NCBI RefSeq assembly: GCF_964355755.1
Contig: NC_092677.1
Location: 18,932,101 to 18,996,100, forward strand
Direction: 5' to 3'
DNA length: 64,000 nucleotides
From: Antedon mediterranea
Taxonomy: Eukaryota; Animalia; Echinodermata
A program made the position numbers and the translations under genes. Of the stretch, positions 1-13,159 are shown piece after piece (position 1 is the first letter of the stretch; the number at the start of each line of letters is the position of its first letter). The notes below the pieces were generated by a model that saw nothing but the letters and a program-made list of their open reading frames with translations, did not search any database and was not told the origin of the DNA.

Positions 1-3000
1 TGTTCCAATGAGTGGAGAGACATTACTTCAATACACAACTGCTGCACATGATCTAAAAACTCAAACCGTAGGCCTACACCCAGATGGCCGTAAAATAACA
101 AAGGTAGACGGAACAGGCATGTACCTATCATAAATCATGAAAGGAAAAGCGCAATAGAAGTTAGTACGGTGTACCTGTAATATTAACTATTATAATGTTA
201 TTAATTATGACAACATCCAATGTTGAATATTATAATTATATTTGAACAAAATTTTAGAGTAATATATATTATATATTACAAACATTCTTGTAATTAGATA
301 TTTATATATATATTCGTAATGTATATATTTAAGTCATTTTGGCAACCACAGCGGCCTTAATTATGTTTAAGAATTTAAGTTTGTATTTGTAATAACCGGC
401 TTTGTAAATGTTTGATAATTGTCTTCCATTTCAAGCCAAACAACGATCATCGTCTTCCAAGTGAATAAATATAATGTACTATTTATTTACCATGATGTTT
501 AGTTTATAGAATATTTTTATACCTTCCGAATAATATAAAATTTGTAAAATTAAGTAATGAATAAGTTTCATTTACTATTTTTCCAACTCGTTCTTCCAGA
601 ATTGTTACTTCCTTTTGTAGTCAAAATGATTCTACTTTAAACTATACAACTCGTTGATAATAGTTATATTATGTAAAATAAGTAAACCAAAATATTAATT
701 TAAAAATCATAACATTGAACAAAACTAGTTCACACTGGCAACTTATAAACTCGATTCAAAATACAAAGATGCGAAAGATGAAAGCAGGTAAATAAAATCA
801 ACAAACCAATACAGTTACAACGAAGTTGTAAACTTTAAAAAGTTACTTTAGAATCAAGCAAGAAAACAATATAAAATTTGTTATGGTAGCTAAAAGTAAA
901 TCATAATTTGTCCACAATTCACGTGTGCTTCCATTTGACTACTGTGCCTTTAACATCTTTTTTTAAAGATTATATTATCAAAGTAACTACAGTTTTTTTA
1001 ATTCAGTAATGATAAAGACTAGTAAGCCACAATTTGCCTTTTATTAACATTAGGATTTTTTTTGTAAATTGATCTAAAAATGCATTTTAAAATGTGTATA
1101 TAAATTATATTACGTATACTAAGTGCTAATAGTACATACTAATAGTTAACTGTAGACAACTAAAAAGAAATATTGTAGTTTTGAAATTGTAAATTTGTAG
1201 CTTTCATTTAATTTGCATTACTTGTATATATTTTACAAATTGTTTTAATGTATGTTTTAAGATTATAAACAAAGTTGTGCATGATGTATTATTCAGTGTA
1301 GCACTGTGCCTATGCAACTTCTAACATATATTGTATAATGCATTATTTTATTTTAGCATTAGAAATAATATATACAATAACATAGATTCTTTAGAAATTT
1401 ACTAAAATGCCAATTAGAAAGATACTCCTAGTTTTTTGTTATTAATTATTTACTTTTTTGCAGGCATTTTTCTTTTATATCACATTTAAACTATATGTTA
1501 TTATTATACTATGCTGACATTAAGTGCAATACAAGTTTTAGAATGTCACTTGTTCTGCGCATGAAAAGAAAGTTGTACCCATAGCAATGATCAGGTAAAA
1601 ATATAGATACTGAAGCATAGTAAATGTGTTTTTATTATGATGAAGCATGCAATTTTTTATATTATTTATAGATATTCAAACAAATTTTATAATTATGACT
1701 AGCTGCTAAAACAGTTTGTGATCACTGCTGGTTGCGTACAAGCTAAACAATAGTAAAACCATAGAGAAAATACAATATATTTTCTCCATGGTATTTCTTC
1801 GTGGTGTATAATACCAATAACAATGTTACATAGCTAATAAGCTTACATACATACATTTTCTCATCAAATGTGAGTTTTGATGATATTAACTAACTAATGA
1901 GACCAGTGATGGGCAAATATTAAACAAAATTATACCTTACAGTGTTGTCAGTGAATAAAAACCTTTGCCGTTTTAACATTATTAATTTATATATTTAAAT
2001 ATTATGTCATTTAGTATTTGAAGCATTAACTTTTTGTACTGCAAACCAATTATTATTAAATATAATATCTGTATTGTAAGCATTATGTAACTCAATGTAT
2101 CTAACATTAAGTATGGCATTGAAATAAAGCTTAAACATGTGACATACGGTGTTTGTTTACAATTTAATAGTTTACAACATATCACACATTATTTCACGCT
2201 ATAAATTACGTCATTGTTTGCCAACGTTATTATTCATAACACATCTCTCTGGCGGAGAACTAACCACAAAGATGAATCTAGGAAGAGATACTTTTACATG
2301 AACATTCACAGAACAAATTCTAAACTACCACTAAATTACCCAACCATCTCAACCGTAATTCGAACTCGGAAGCTTCTGCTTGATTCGTACCAGTAAAAGT
2401 AACGACAACTATATTTTTAATAATTAATTTTATAATACTATATGCATTACGTCACAGAGGTACGAGTGAATTACACTGTCGAGTGTAAATTAATTTTTGA
2501 GAAAAGTAATTGGTCAGATGTTTTTCCCTACTCTGAAGTAATTTGTACTTTATTTTACTTTACCACTAGCCTTTGACGCAAAGCTACTCCACAGTAGTTT
2601 ACAACCTTGTTGGTGTCGTAACCGCTGCTTACTTGGGCTCGAATCTAACCACTAGCCATCAGCGAAAGCTCGGTGGTATAGAGGCATGATCGCTCTAACA
2701 CTTGTATCTATACTGTATTCATATGTAGGCCTACATGTAATTAGGCTCATCACAGAAAAATTATGAATTCCTCCATGGTGGGCTTATATACAGTAAATTA
2801 ACACTTATATTATAAACTGTGGGACAGTAACACAAGTTTTACAAAAGTTTACTTGGATAGACAAAAATCAACGTTTTATAATAATTAGTTACTATACTGA
2901 TCAATACACTGGAAACTTGCAGACTTTTATAAATTCAATCAACTGTACAACATTGACAATCCTAAATACGATGATACAATGGAACAGTGTTTCATTAATG

Positions 3001-4385
3001 ATTTACAAATATATTATTAACTGGTATCAAAAACGTCACTATTCTTTTCAATATTTAACTGTGAAATTAAAATGCTTTGATCCTTTGATTGCAAATTAAA
3101 AAATCCAAAAGAAATAAATTATGTGAGCACTCAGTAATACTAATTAAATACTGGACGTTATGCAAATTAAACAGGCTACAGGATAGTCGACCACAATCGC
3201 CAATAACATTGATTTATAGAAGCACGCCAACAGGTAGATTCGCTACCGACCGTTTGCGCGGTTTCATCTTGAATGACGCCCTCATTCGATAGCCTTTTAA
3301 TCGAGAGGTAATTTTTTTTAATTATTTGATAAGTCATAATTCAGCAAATATTTGATTTACGAACTTTTCATATAGTTCATGACCATCTCCGTAGCAAGAT
3401 GGATGTTGCGTGCAAAAATCAGACGGATCAGATTTCGCTCGGCGGCGTGCATCGCGGAAAAACTTTTTGTGTTTGCCTTTTTGGGCTTTTTTTCGCGCCG
3501 CGGCTCTAGCCAGCTATGTCCCAGGAGGACACATTCATTAATAAGCTGTTTCATAGCGGTAGCTTTAGTATCTAAGGCTGACAGTTTTGTGAATTTGGAA
3601 ACTCGACTATAATTTATAGGTAGCTGCTGGACCCAAAAAACGTCTGGGAGAAGAGAGTCTATATGAAAGCCTTTGCTGATAATACAGTATTATTGAGATG
3701 TAGACGGAAATCTGTAAAATCTTGATCAATAAATTAATAACTTCGTTTTTGCTGTCAACCAGGCCGGTATTATAATACGTCACTGTCAAATAATCATTCG
3801 ATAATGGTCAAAACTTTATTTTGGCTCTGTCAACATAAAGGGAGGTATTTACAATGACTTTCTTTGACTGTCAATCTAGGCCAGTGTTATAATAATACGC
3901 CGTCAGATATTAAATCATTGAAACAGTCCTCGTAAATTTTTTGTTGGTACGGTTATCAGATGCCGTGGGGGGTCCAATCAATTATCGTCAGAAGGTGAAC
4001 AATCAGTCTAGGTAGCAGCAGCAGATTATTAGGAGCGCCTGCTCCATTAATTAATCCAGAAAAAGGTTTGTACATTATCTATTTGTTTATTAGCCTTCTC
4101 CTAACACAATTATATTTTCTTTAAAAAAAAGGTTTTATAAGTGGTTTCAACATTTATGATAGTAAATGTCACAGTTCTGTGTCTGGACGCAAGTTCATAG
4201 ACCTACTAGTTATATTATTCATATTAACTGATACTTACTCTTTATTTACCGTAAAGTTCAGTTTTAATGAAATATATAATATAAATTGGCTTCGTAACAA
4301 TTAATTAGTTTTGAAAAGGTTAGTTTTTTGGTGATAGATGAAAATGACATGTAACTTCGTAATCAATTTATTTTTTTTTGTATAA

Positions 4386-4747
4386 AAGCCCAATTACACT
4401 ATGACGATAACGACGGACGATAAATATATAGCATGCATTTTTTTTACATAAACCAAAAGAAATTAGAAAGGTTTTCGTTCTAGACCTATAGGATAATCAT
4501 TTATGCTGTCTTTGATAAAAATAATGTTTTTCAAATTCCAATCAAATGACGTCATGATAAATAAAAACAATAAAATCGCTGTATTGTCACGATATTATTT
4601 GTCTTACTAATCATGACGTCATTTGATTGGACGTGTGAAAATATAATTTTCATCAAAGGAATTGTTTATATTTCTTTTTGTTTATGTATTAAAAATGCAC
4701 ATTTGTCTATTTATCGTCGATCGTTATCGTCCTAGTGTATGGGCCTT
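4386..4747. mobile_element. palindromic MITE (PIF/Harbinger-like)
   Basis: GCCCAATTACACTATGACGATAACGA.. versus ..TCGTTATCGTCCTAGTGTATGGGCC; inner arms CCAATCAAATGACGTCATGAT / ATCATGACGTCATTTGATTGG. Confidence 0.7.
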
Positions 4748-4957
4748 ATGCTGTAAATGTTCAATTAATTGATCATTCCGATTTTATTAGTTGGACTCTT
4801 GCACAGTTGCTGTCTAATCGTTGTTGTGTAATATCATTTTGAACCATATTAAAATCATAAAGAGATTCATATTCCTTAACATGTGGCTGTGCATGGAAGT
4901 CTGGTCGACACAAACTTGGCCCCGGGCCTGAAAGTGTTGGTGAATTCATAATTATAC

Positions 4958-4998
<41 letters not shown>

Positions 4999-5044
4999 AT
5001 TATATTATTATACAATTGAAAGCAAAACCCGTTGAATCTCAAAT

Positions 5045-6200
5045 CATTAGGACTGGAAATTCGGCTTATCAATCAAATAAATACTTTCGTTCAAAATGAA
5101 ACTCCAACCTCTCTAATCAAAAGATTGAACTCGAAAACGGACCGTTTTTTTTAATTGGGTATGTTGAAACATTTCTATATTCATTTAAAAAAGTACATTA
5201 ATTATGGTATTGATCAGTGGCTATAGAGGCGTAAAAACCCTCGGTCAATATCATGTAAAATGCACTGTGGAAGGGTCATTATTAAGACTGCAAAATTGGG
5301 CTTATCAACAAATAAATAGGCCTACTTTCGTTCAAAATTTAAAATCAAGGCTGAAAAATTGGGCTTATCAACAACAAAATATTTTATTATTAGACGCGAT
5401 AACATCAAGGATAATCAGTATAATTAATATAGCCACTGTTACTAGTTTTATTCTACATGCTAAAGTAGATAAAAATCCACTAGAAAACAGTCTGAATGTT
5501 ATGCTTATTAGCCATGTTATGTTTGTTACTATAGGCCTATGATTGTTTGTAATGTCCACATATTATTTCCGTGGGCATATCCATAGTGTATCACTCACAA
5601 AAAAGACGTGTGAGGTTCTTTCTTTAGATTTTGAAGAATGATTTGTGTTACAGGTTGACACAAGAGTCAAATGCTCAAGATATTGGCTAACGCCATGGGA
5701 CCCTTGGCTTATCAATTAATAATAAATACAGTACTACTTTCGTTCAATTGAAATCGGAATCTGACCGTTTCATTAAATTGGGTGTGATTAGGCCTAAACA
5801 TATAATAATTTATTAAAAAGGTACAATAAAAACAAATGCATCAGAGGCGTAAAGAACCCACGGTCAATATCATGTAAAATGTATATGGTATAAGCACTGT
5901 GGAAGGGGTCATTATTATTAAACTGGAAAATTCGGCTTATCAACAAATAAATACTTTCGTTTAAAATGTAAAATAAGACTGCAAAATTGGGCTTATCAAC
6001 AAATAAATGCTTTCGTTCAAAATGTAAAATAAGACTGCACAATTGGGCTTATCAACAAATAAAATACTTTTTTTTTCAAAATGTAAAATTAAGACTGGAA
6101 AATTGGGCTTATAAACAAATAAATACTTTTTTTCAAAATGTAAAATTAAGACTGGAAAATTGGGCTTATAAACAAATAAATACTTCCGTTCAAAATGTAA
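5045..6200. repeat. complex ~57-60-bp tandem/dispersed repeat
   Basis: AAGACTGGAAAATTGGGCTTATCAACAAATAAATACTTTCGTTCAAAATGTAAAAT about 5x at 5920-6200, plus copies at ~5050, ~5283, ~5345, ~5705; longer duplication ~5140-5340 versus ~5760-5960. Confidence 0.8.
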
Positions 6201-6310
6201 GAAAACATTTTTTAAATTTAATCCTTAAGCTCTGTCTATACTATCAAACTAAATATGATGTGCCCATATTATATAGAAATGACGATGTAATATCACTACG
6301 ATAATCGGGC

Positions 6311-6934
6311 ATATCACTACCATATTTGGGCACATCACACTTTTTTTGTTAAACTAGTTGGGACAGTGTAGACACAGAACTATGTGATCGAAACATAAGT
6401 CGGAATTGGACTGACGCGATTGATTTAATTGGGTATTTTTATTAATGTAATAATGTAATGATTCATTAAAAACTATAATACCGATACGCGTTTGGTATTG
6501 ATCAATGGTGCAAAAAACCCTGAGAAATAATGTAATAACGCGATTTGGTGATAGCTTAGCAATAATACAACCCATATACTATTATTATAAATACCTTACA
6601 AATCCATTCATATAACTTTTCATCGCGAACCGAAAATGTATAAATGTTATTCTACAGACAGTAATTATATATTCAAAAGCCATATTATTATTATTATCAA
6701 TACCTAAATGCGATAGTAATAACCACATACATTATTCCCAATACAAGTTTGTGCGTTTAATTCTAGAAAGAAACGACTGTGCTGACAGGCCAATGACATA
6801 AATCACAAGTAAAGTCCCAATTGTTCACTTGCGTTTTGATTGGCCGACCTATTATATTAGATTAATGAAGACTGTTCTTACAACTGTCCAGTCAAAAAGT
6901 TACGCGGCGTTTTTTGTAAGAAATATTTCTTGTT
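6311..6934 (+). repeat. dispersed repeat, copy 1 (inverted copy at 63383-64000)
   Basis: Near-identical reverse complement over more than 600 bp. Confidence 0.88.
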
Positions 6935-7512
6935 TATTATGGCTTTGTATGGTTTCTGTGTAGTGCGCCCTCTATATCGTCACACAAATAATGTTTCGGA
7001 AACATCTCACGTTAACTCCTCACTTTTACGGCGGTTATAATGATTGATCTTTTTCGGTTATTTAGCATCTGAATTGAGATGTAATGAAAGAATTTCTATT
7101 TTTTAAAAGGTAATCTGCCTTTGAATAAAAGATGGATCGCAATTGAATAGTAAATCTATATTATATTATTTTAATTTTAAAATAATACTCTTTTGTTGTT
7201 GTTTTGTTGTTGATATTATGATTTGGAAATGGCGAAATTTGTAAACAATCTCAGACTTCAGCATAGACTCTGAAGGTACCATTGAACATCATATCTAACT
7301 AGTGCGTTGAGTACCTTCCGTCCTCTAAACCACCTGATCATATTATATCAAAACAATAAAATACAATTAGCCAGAGAATTTAGAGGCCCATTGCGTTCAA
7401 CTGTAGTGTTAGTTTGAGGTTTGTTATTTAGCAAATCCTATGAATTTCTAACTTTTGGCTTTCTTGTAAAAATAATAAGCTTTTTGATTATTTATTTCAT
7501 TTGTATTTCTAT

Positions 7513-9507
7513 TGGCACCCATCCACTGATAGCCACAGCATTGTCATTGACACCCAGCCACTGATACCCACATCATTGTGATTGACACCCAGCCACTGAT
7601 ACCCACAGCATTGTCATTGACACACAGCCACTGATACCCACAGCATTGTGATTGACACCCAGCCACTGATACCCACATCATTGTGATTGACACCCAGCCA
7701 CTGATACCCACATCATTGTGATTGACACCCAGCCACTGATACCCACAGCATTGTCATTGACACCCAGCCACTGATACCCACATCATTGTGATTGACACCC
7801 AGCCACTGATACCCACATCATTGAGATTGACACCCAGCCACTGATACCCACAGCATTGTCATTGACACCCAGCCACTGATACCTACATCATTGTGATTGA
7901 CACCCAGCCACTGATACCCACATCATTGTGATTGACACCCAGCCACTGATACCCACAGCATTGTCATTGACACACAGCCACTGATACCCACATCATTGTT
8001 ATTGACACCCAGCAACTGATACACACATCATTGAGATTGACACCCAGCCACTAATACCCACATCATTGTGATTGGCACCCAGCCACTGATACCCACATCA
8101 CTGTGATTGACACCCAGCCACTGATGCCCACATCATTGTGATTGACACCCAGCCACTGATACCCACAGCATTGTGATTGACACCCAGCAACTGATACCCA
8201 CAACATTGTGATTGACACCCAGCCACTGATACTCACATCATTGTGATTGGCATCCAGCCACTGATACCCACATCATTGTTATTGACACCCATCCACTGAT
8301 ACCCACATCATTGTGATTGACACCCAGCCACTGATACCCACATCATTGTGATTGACACCCAGCCACTGATACCCACATCATTGTGATTGACACCCAGCCA
8401 CTGATACCCACATCATTGTGATTGACACCCAGCCACTGATACCCACAGCATTGTGATTGACACCCAGCCACTGATACCCACATCATTGTGATTGACACCC
8501 AGCCACTGATACCCACAGCATTGTGATTGACACCCAGCCACTGATACCCACATCATTGTGATTGACACCCAGCCACTGATACCCACATCATTTTGATTGA
8601 CACCCAGCCACTGATACCCACATCATTGTGATTGACACTCAGCCACTGATACCCACATCATTGTGATTGACACCCAGCCACTGATACCCACATCATTGTG
8701 ATTAACACCCAGCCACTGATACCCACATCATTGTGATTGACACCCAGCCACTGATACCCACATCATTGTGATTGACACCCAGCCACTGATACCCACATCA
8801 TTGTGATTGACACCCAGCCACTGATACCCACAGCATTGTGATTGACACCCAGCCACTGATACCCACATCATTGTGATTGACACCCAGCCACTGATACCCA
8901 CATCATTGTGATTGACACCCAGCCACTGATACCCACATCATTGTGATTGACACCCAGCCACTGATACCCACATCATTGTGATTGACACCCATCCACTGAT
9001 ACCCACATCATTGTGATTGACACCCAGCCACGGATACCCACAGCATTGTCATTGACACCCAGCCACTGATACCCACAGCATTGTGATTGACACCCAGCCA
9101 CTGATACCCACAGCATTGTGATTGACACCCAGCCACTGATACCCACATCATTGTGAATGACACCCAGCCACTGATACCCACATCATTGTGATTGACACCC
9201 AGCCACTGATACCCACATCATTGTGATTGACACCCAGCCACTGATACCCACATCATTGTGATTGACACCCAGCCACTGATACCCACATCATTGTGATTGA
9301 CACCCAGCCACTGATACCCACAGCATTGTGATTGAAACCCAGCCACTGATACCCACATCACTGTGATTGACACCCAGCCACTGATACCCACATCATTGTG
9401 ATTGACACCCAGCCACTGATACCCACAGCATTGTGATTGACACCCAGCCACTGATACCCACAGCATTGTCATTGACACCCAGCCACTGATACCCACAGCA
9501 TTGTCAT
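7513..9507. repeat. 35-bp minisatellite, ~57 copies
   Basis: Unit GACACCCAGCCACTGATACCCACATCATTGTGATT with recurrent CAGCA/CATCA and GTC/GTG variants. Confidence 0.97.
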
Positions 9508-9555
9508 TTTTCAGTATTTATTATTATGCAAACATGTTGAGGAAAGGTAGCATAA

Positions 9556-10275
9556 TTGACGATGAAGATTGAGTCCCTTACACAAGTCATACAGAAGATG
9601 GAAAAATCAGTGGTTAAAGAAGAAACAAATATTGAAAAGATAATTGAAAACAAGGTTAAAAGCTTCTTTGAAAGCAAAGCTGACAAAGAGAATAGACAAT
9701 CAAATCTGATTTTCCACAATGTTCCCGAAACGGAAAATGATGATGAGGGTCAAGGTCACAAGGATGATGGAAATCAAATCAAGAAAGTGCTTTTGGAGCT
9801 CAAGGTACCTGATGTATCAATACTCGATCTAACTCGTCTTGGAAGAAAAAACCACGAGGGAAAACCAAGGTTGATCAAAGTTAAGCTGGCGTCATCAGAA
9901 AATAAACAAAAGGTATTAAAATTAGCAAGGAATTTACGTAGCAGTGTCAGTGAGGTTCTCTCCAATGTGTACATTTCGCCTGATCTAAATTATGAGGAAA
10001 GGAAAAGAGGCAGGGAGCTACGAGAAGAGCTAAAAATAAAAAGAAAAGATGGGCAGAAATGGAAGATAGAGAAAAACAAAGTTGTTCTAGTCACAACCAA
10101 GAAGGATAACAATATTATGAAAGAAACTCCTGTAAAGGGTGCTGTACCTAAAGAAATAATGGTAGGAAGCAAATCGTTTACTGATTCAGAAGACAGTGAG
10201 GAGGATGAGATATATGTGGAACGTCAACCTCATCAGCCCTTTCGGAGAACGAAAGGAACAGATGAGAGACGTTAG
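9556..10275 (+). CDS. LINE ORF1 (coiled coil plus RRM-like), N-terminally truncated
   Basis: NRQSNLIFHNVPE...RLGRK...PRLIKVKL...VYISPDLNYEER motifs typical of CR1/L2 ORF1. Confidence 0.8.
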   Translation: MTMKIESLTQVIQKMEKSVVKEETNIEKIIENKVKSFFESKADKENRQSNLIFHNVPETENDDEGQGHKDDGNQIKKVLLELKVPDVSILDLTRLGRKNHEGKPRLIKVKLASSENKQKVLKLARNLRSSVSEVLSNVYISPDLNYEERKRGRELREELKIKRKDGQKWKIEKNKVVLVTTKKDNNIMKETPVKGAVPKEIMVGSKSFTDSEDSEEDEIYVERQPHQPFRRTKGTDERR

Positions 10276-13159
10276 AAAACATGCAGAAGCTATAGAAAAT
10301 GTAAATATTGTAAATAGAGAGTCTTTAAATGTTTATTACACAAATGCACAAAGTATTGTAAAAAAGATGGATGAACTCAAAATGGATATTGAACTCTACA
10401 AGCCACACATTATTGGAATTACTGAAACGTGGGGCAAGCAAACAGTAACAGACGGTATACTTTCTATTCCTGATTACGACCTTTTCCGAAGGGATCATGA
10501 TGGCGAAACCTCAGCAGGAGGAGTAATGTTGCTCTGTCACAAATCATTGCAGGCCACTTCATGCTATGTGCTAAATGAGAATCAGTTCAACGAAAGTATT
10601 TGGTGCAAAATCAAGTTAACATTATATGAAACAATATTGATTGGAGTATGTTACCGAAGCTGTGTCAGTAGCTCAAGACAAAACAACAGAGCCCTCAATA
10701 TACTAATCGAGGAATCCATGAAGCAGAATGTAACTCATAGACTGTTAATGGGAGACTTTAATTATCCCCAGATCAAGTGGGAGGAATATAGAGTGGAAGC
10801 TGAAGGCATAAAGGGAGATGATGCTGAGAGTTTCTACGAAACAAGCCAAGACTTATTTCTACATCAGCATGTAATTGAGACGACAAGACACAAAGAAGGA
10901 CAAAGGCCATCAATGCTTGACCTGGTATTGACAAATGATGAAAGTGCAGTTGAAGAGATACAACATTGTAGCCCACTTGGGAAAAGTGATCATGATGTAT
11001 TGTTTTTTGAGTATACCTGTTCAAGAAATCCTATTGGAAGTGATGAGAAAAAACAAAAGAATTACGCAAAAGGTGATTATGAGAAACTAAATGATTCATT
11101 TGGGAAATTAAATTGGGATGCTCTGCTTGATGATAAAAGTTGTAACCAGGCATGGGAAACATTTATGGAAATCTACAATGCAGAAACTGAAAAATATATA
11201 CCTAAGAGGTCAATGAGAAAGAACATGAAACCTGTATGGCTGAAAGCTAGAATAAAAAAGAGTATAAAGAAGAAACACAAATTATACAAAAAGTACAGAC
11301 AGACAAACCAGTACAAGGACTACCTTGAGTACAAGAAACAGAGGAATGTCGCAAGTGCAAACGTGAGAAAGGCACGTATAGAACATGAGCAAAAGTTAAT
11401 GAAGAACTTTAAGAAAAATCCTAAGCCAGTATACAAGTACATTAGGGAACAACAAAAAGTAAAAGAAGGTATAACTAATCTCGTAAAAGAAGATGGAAGT
11501 TTGACCGAAAATGACCAGGAAGCAGTTGAAATGTTGAGCAAATTTTTTCAATCTGTATATACCCATGAACCAGATGGTGACCTACCCCAGTTTGATAGCA
11601 GGAACAGCGACAACATTCTTGAAAATATTGTATTTTCGGTAGAAGATGTTCAGAAAAAATTAAATCAACAGCAACCAAACAAAGCTCCTGGTCCAGATGG
11701 TGTCCATCCTATGGTTCTGAACCAATGTGCCAGTTCTCTAGCTCATCCACTTACTATCATTTTCAAGCTCTCACTTGAGACAGGTAAATTACCAAAAGAT
11801 TGGAAGACTGCAAATGTCACACCAATTTTCAAGAAAGGATCCAAGAAGAAAGCTGAAAATTATCGGCCCATCAGCCTAACATCAATACCATGTAAAGTTT
11901 TTGAATCAATCATCAAAGACAATGTGCTTGGCTTTGTTAAAGGAAGTAGAATGCTGTCTAGGTGTCAACATGGATTCCTAAGTGGTAGGTCTTGTCTAAC
12001 AAATTTGCTACAAACATTCGAAACAGTCACTGAAGCTCTAGATAGTGGTGAAGATGTGGATATCGTATACCTTGATTATATGAAGGCGTTCGATAGTGTT
12101 CCACATCGAAGACTAATTCACAAGCTGATAGGCTATGGAATATCTGGTAAGACTATAAATTGGATAGCTGAGTTTCTGGCAGGAAGAACACAGAAAGTAA
12201 TTGTAAGAAATACAACATCCAAGCCGGTAGATGTAGTGAGTGGAGTCCCACAAGGATCAGTCCTTGGCCCAATCCTATTCATCCTCTTCATAAACGATCT
12301 TCCAGATAAAATTATCAGCGCAGACTTTAACATGTTTGCAGATGATGCAAAGATTATAAAGACCATCAAAGAAAAATCGGATTCAAGAAAACTTCAAATT
12401 GATCTTGATAGGGCTCAGGAATGGTCAGAGGACTGGCTGCTAAAATTCAATACCAAGAAATGCGAAGTGCTCCATGTTGGTAGAAAGACAGAGAAATCAG
12501 AATATTGTCTAAATGGAGAAACGTTATTGGCAGTAAAGGAAGAAAAAGACCTTGGTGTTATCTTCACTAGCGACTGCAAGCCAAGCCGACAGTGTGCTGC
12601 AGCAGCAGCTAGAGCGACGAATAGTATGAGAACTGTCAAAAGAACATTCAAAAATATTGACAAAGAAAGTTTTCAGGTCATGTACAAGGCATACATCCGT
12701 CCACATATGGAATACTGTATACAGTCCTGGTCTCCTTACTATAACAAAGACAAAGAAATCTTGGAGAAGGTGCAGAGAAGAGCTACAAAGATGGTCAAGT
12801 CAATAAGTGATCTACCATATGAAAAAAGGTTAGAATATCTTGATCTTCAACCATTAGAGACAAGAAGACTACGAGGAGATTTGATTGAAGCTTTCAAAAT
12901 TTTGAAAGGCTTTGAGGATATTGACCCAAAAGATTTATTTAAATTGTCTCACAACATCAGAACCAGGGGACACAGCTTAAAACTATATCGTCCAAAACTT
13001 AGAGGAAATCTTATGTGCAGGGTCAACTTTTTTACCATCAGAGTCATACATCACTGGAATTCTCTGCCTGAATATGTAATACAAGCCTCTTCAGTGAACA
13101 TCTTTAAGTCTAGACTTGACAACTATTTTCGGCTAGAAATGGAATCTAATAGGCACTAG
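10205..13159 (+). CDS. LINE ORF2: AP endonuclease + reverse transcriptase
   Basis: APE motifs YTNAQS, ITETW, GDFN, SDH; RT motifs KAPGPDG, NYRPISL, KAFDSV, GVPQGSVLGP, FADD. No stops or frameshifts; exact start ATG uncertain (10205 or 10262). Confidence 0.93.
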   Translation: MRYMWNVNLISPFGERKEQMRDVRKHAEAIENVNIVNRESLNVYYTNAQSIVKKMDELKMDIELYKPHIIGITETWGKQTVTDGILSIPDYDLFRRDHDGETSAGGVMLLCHKSLQATSCYVLNENQFNESIWCKIKLTLYETILIGVCYRSCVSSSRQNNRALNILIEESMKQNVTHRLLMGDFNYPQIKWEEYRVEAEGIKGDDAESFYETSQDLFLHQHVIETTRHKEGQRPSMLDLVLTNDESAVEEIQHCSPLGKSDHDVLFFEYTCSRNPIGSDEKKQKNYAKGDYEKLNDSFGKLNWDALLDDKSCNQAWETFMEIYNAETEKYIPKRSMRKNMKPVWLKARIKKSIKKKHKLYKKYRQTNQYKDYLEYKKQRNVASANVRKARIEHEQKLMKNFKKNPKPVYKYIREQQKVKEGITNLVKEDGSLTENDQEAVEMLSKFFQSVYTHEPDGDLPQFDSRNSDNILENIVFSVEDVQKKLNQQQPNKAPGPDGVHPMVLNQCASSLAHPLTIIFKLSLETGKLPKDWKTANVTPIFKKGSKKKAENYRPISLTSIPCKVFESIIKDNVLGFVKGSRMLSRCQHGFLSGRSCLTNLLQTFETVTEALDSGEDVDIVYLDYMKAFDSVPHRRLIHKLIGYGISGKTINWIAEFLAGRTQKVIVRNTTSKPVDVVSGVPQGSVLGPILFILFINDLPDKIISADFNMFADDAKIIKTIKEKSDSRKLQIDLDRAQEWSEDWLLKFNTKKCEVLHVGRKTEKSEYCLNGETLLAVKEEKDLGVIFTSDCKPSRQCAAAAARATNSMRTVKRTFKNIDKESFQVMYKAYIRPHMEYCIQSWSPYYNKDKEILEKVQRRATKMVKSISDLPYEKRLEYLDLQPLETRRLRGDLIEAFKILKGFEDIDPKDLFKLSHNIRTRGHSLKLYRPKLRGNLMCRVNFFTIRVIHHWNSLPEYVIQASSVNIFKSRLDNYFRLEMESNRH

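Noticed and set aside
2-133. open frame VPMSGETLLQ...GTGMYLS* at the window start
   Set aside because: Could be the end of an upstream CDS, but it is too short and unrecognisable to support a call.
2563-2690. small hairpins (AGC-GAAA-GCT, repeated ACCACTAGCC) suggesting a hammerhead ribozyme
   Set aside because: CTGATG and GAAA lie on opposite strands, so the catalytic core cannot be assembled; more likely a repeat remnant.
5987-6304. 105-aa ORF with NWAYQQIN repeats
   Set aside because: Generated by the ~57-60-bp tandem repeat; no other coding evidence.
9218-9496. ORF within the 35-bp array
   Set aside because: Artefact of repeat periodicity; frequent stops elsewhere in the array.
7513-9507. 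CRISPR-like appearance of the 35-bp and 32-bp arrays
   Set aside because: Units are head-to-tail with no unique spacers, there are no cas genes, and the context is eukaryotic.
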